Positions 61,216-64,000 of a DNA stretch of 64,000 bases are shown here, piece by piece (position 1 is the stretch's first letter; each line of letters starts with the position of its first letter). Source of the DNA: Octopus sinensis. Its lineage: Eukaryota. Below the pieces are notes generated by a model. It ran no database searches. It was given only the letters and a program-made list of their open reading frames with translations, and was not told where the DNA came from. The DNA is taken from contig NC_043008.1 in NCBI RefSeq assembly GCF_006345805.1, positions 19,282,001 through 19,346,000 on the forward strand. The letters are read 5' to 3'. Made by a program: the position numbers and the translations under genes.

Positions 61216-62290
61216 CCTCCCTTGAAATTTCTATAGTAGAAAGGATTATACTGCTTAGTATATATCTATTGTGGAGGCACGTGGCTTAGTGGTTAGGGTG
61301 TCAGCATCATGATCGTAAGATTGTGGTTTCGATTCCTGGACCGGGCGACGCGTTGTGTTCTTGAGCAAAACACTTCATTTCACGTTGCTCCAGTCCACTC
61401 AGCTGGCAAAAATGAGTAACGTGGCAATGGACTGGCTTCCTGTCCAGCTGGGCAACACATACGCCATAGAAACCAGGAAACCGGGCCCAGGAGCTTGGCT
61501 AGGCTTTAAGAGGGCGCATTTATTATATATCTATTATGTGGTTAGGAAGCTTGCTTCTCAACCATATAGTGTCTTCTACTATAGCATCGGGCCGACCAAA
61601 ACTTGTGAGTGGATTTGGTAGACGGAAACTGAAAGAAGCCTGTCATATATATATATGTGTGTGTGTGTGTATTTGTGTGTCTGTGTTTGTCCCCCAACAT
61701 CACTTGACAACTGATGTTGGTGTGTTTACATCCCCGTAACTTAGTGGTTCGCAAAAGAATCTGATAGAATAAGTACTAGGCTTCCAAAGAATAAGTCCTG
61801 GGGTCGATTTGCTCGAGTAAAGGCGGTGCTCCCAGCATGGCTGCAGTCACATGACTGAAACAAGTAAAAGAGAAATAAAAGGGACCATAATATAAATATC
61901 ATTGTATATGATAGACTAAAGTAAAACACTGCCAGTGAATATAACAGAAGAAATCAACAACATGATACATTGTTACACTGTGTGTGTGTGTGTGTGTGTG
62001 TGTGTGAGCATAAGTAGTATAGCAGTAACTAATGTATATGATGTGAGTCTTAAAGTAACATGTAGCTGATTAGTAATGTATACAAATTGGAAGCAGGTTG
62101 TAATATATGACTAATAATGAGGTAAATTCAAGTTGGTTTTGTTTATTGTTTTACTGAGTAAAACGTGGCAACCGCGTGTATAGGTGAGTGTACATACATG
62201 AACACCTCATATATATGTGTGTATCTGTATATACACATATCTGTGTGTGTGTATATATATACACACACACACATTATACATACATACACT

Positions 62291-62321
<31 letters not shown>

Positions 62322-63496
62322 TTATATATATATGCATATATATACACACACACACACATATATATATATATGCATATATATACACACACACACATATATA
62401 TATATACACACACACACATTATACATACATACACTTATATATATATATATATACATATATATATTTATATATATATGCATATATATACACACACATATAT
62501 ATATGCACACACATACATATACATACATATATATATACATATATATATACACACACACACACGCATATATATATATATACACACACACACATACATGTAT
62601 ATGCACATATATATATACACACACACACACACCTACTCATTTTTTTTTTACTTATTTTGAACATTGGAGAGTGGTCGTGCTGGAGCACCACCTCGAAGGG
62701 TTTGGTTGAGCAAATCACTTCCAGTTTGTACTCTTTTTATTTTATTTTTTTTTTTTTGATGCCTAGTACTTGTTCTATTGGACACTTTTGCCGAACTGCT
62801 AAGTTATATGGATGTAAACAAGTAACCAACACTGTCAGACAAACACACATACACACACCCACACACACACTCACTCTCACACACGCACATATCATGGGCT
62901 CCTACACAGTTTTCGTCTACCGATTCTAATCGCAAGGCTTCTGGCAGCCTGGGGCTACAGCAGAAGACACCCCCATCCCCGAGGGCACTATTTAGTGCAA
63001 ATGAAACCCCCCTCCCCCGAACCACGTGGCTGGCAAACAAAGGTTTTTACCTCACAGTCACACCCAAAATATTCAGTGTTGCTTATAACTAGATCTTAGC
63101 CATTAATTTCTACATGCACCGTGTCCCCCTGTCCCCATACCATCTCCCCCTTTCTTGGTTTGCATGGCTGAGCAAGTTCCCTTTGTTTCTACAAATGTAA
63201 TTTTCACATTCGTATAAGACTTGGGACATGTTATATAACAACTACAACAAACAGCTCTAAGTACCTCCCGGTATTGTTAATGATTCTATCTTATTATTAT
63301 TATTATTATTATTATAATTTTATTTTTTAATTATTATTTTCTCTCTTTTTTTTTGTTTTTGTTGTTGATGTAACTCTACGAAATGCCAAATATGATAACA
63401 TTCTTAGATTTAAAATCCAAAACAATTTAATTAGTTGTAACAGTTATCTGGGCCATTTTATACTCCTTCCTTGTCCCACTCCTAGCTCTCTCTCCC

Positions 63497-63534
<38 letters not shown>

Positions 63535-64000
63535 TACCCTCACTCCGTATCCCTGTTTCTCTCTCTTTCTACAACCCTCTCCTTCCCTCCCTCCCTGTCT
63601 GCCTCTGCTTCTCCCCACTCCTCTTGCTTTTCATCACTCTGAAACTATACACCTCATAAAAGCCACATGACGAGCTAATTTCTGACAGTTTGTAAATTGT
63701 GTTGCTAAGGCAAGAAGAGTCAGCAAGCAAAGGGTATTTGTGTGAGAAAGTTTTCCCTCATTGTAGTAGTTGTCTTGTGGAACAAATAGAAAAACCGAAA
63801 GCTTAGCAGGAAGGAGAAGAAACAATATGGGTAAGAGAGATTTTTCAGTTTACTTGGAAACATATTTATAAGATATGCGGAAAAAAAATGTAGCACATAA
63901 ATATATATATATGTGTGTGTGAGTATATATATATTTATATTTGTGTGTGTGTGTGAGTATATATATACATACATATATATGTGTGTGTATAAATATATAT

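Overview
AT-rich, repeat-saturated animal DNA. The SINE families, RTE/CR1 LINE relics and microsatellite load suggest an octopus or other coleoid genome (inference from sequence style). One protein-coding gene is supported: an ANKRD10-like ankyrin-repeat gene on the + strand with four coding exons (13972-14208, 44334-44498, 46814-46905, 57642-57925). Its introns are about 30.1, 2.3 and 10.7 kb, and its 3' end is unresolved. The rest is tRNA-headed SINEs (my labels A-F), fragments of four different RTE lineages, two CR1 3' ends, non-autonomous Helitrons, several MITE types, a decayed DD37D/maT-like transposase and microsatellites. Most notable findings: (i) five dispersed, mutually unrelated minimal type-I hammerhead ribozyme motifs of the Penelope-like kind, several inside foldbacks, three on the sense strand of introns and one carried by a tRNA-headed SINE-like unit; (ii) three elements sharing a conserved two-motif leader next to 60-70 bp hairpins of unrelated sequence; (iii) an inverted CR1 pair bracketing exons 3-4 (circRNA/ADAR geometry); (iv) an 857-bp mariner-capped palindrome. 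All alignments, folds and counts were done by eye.
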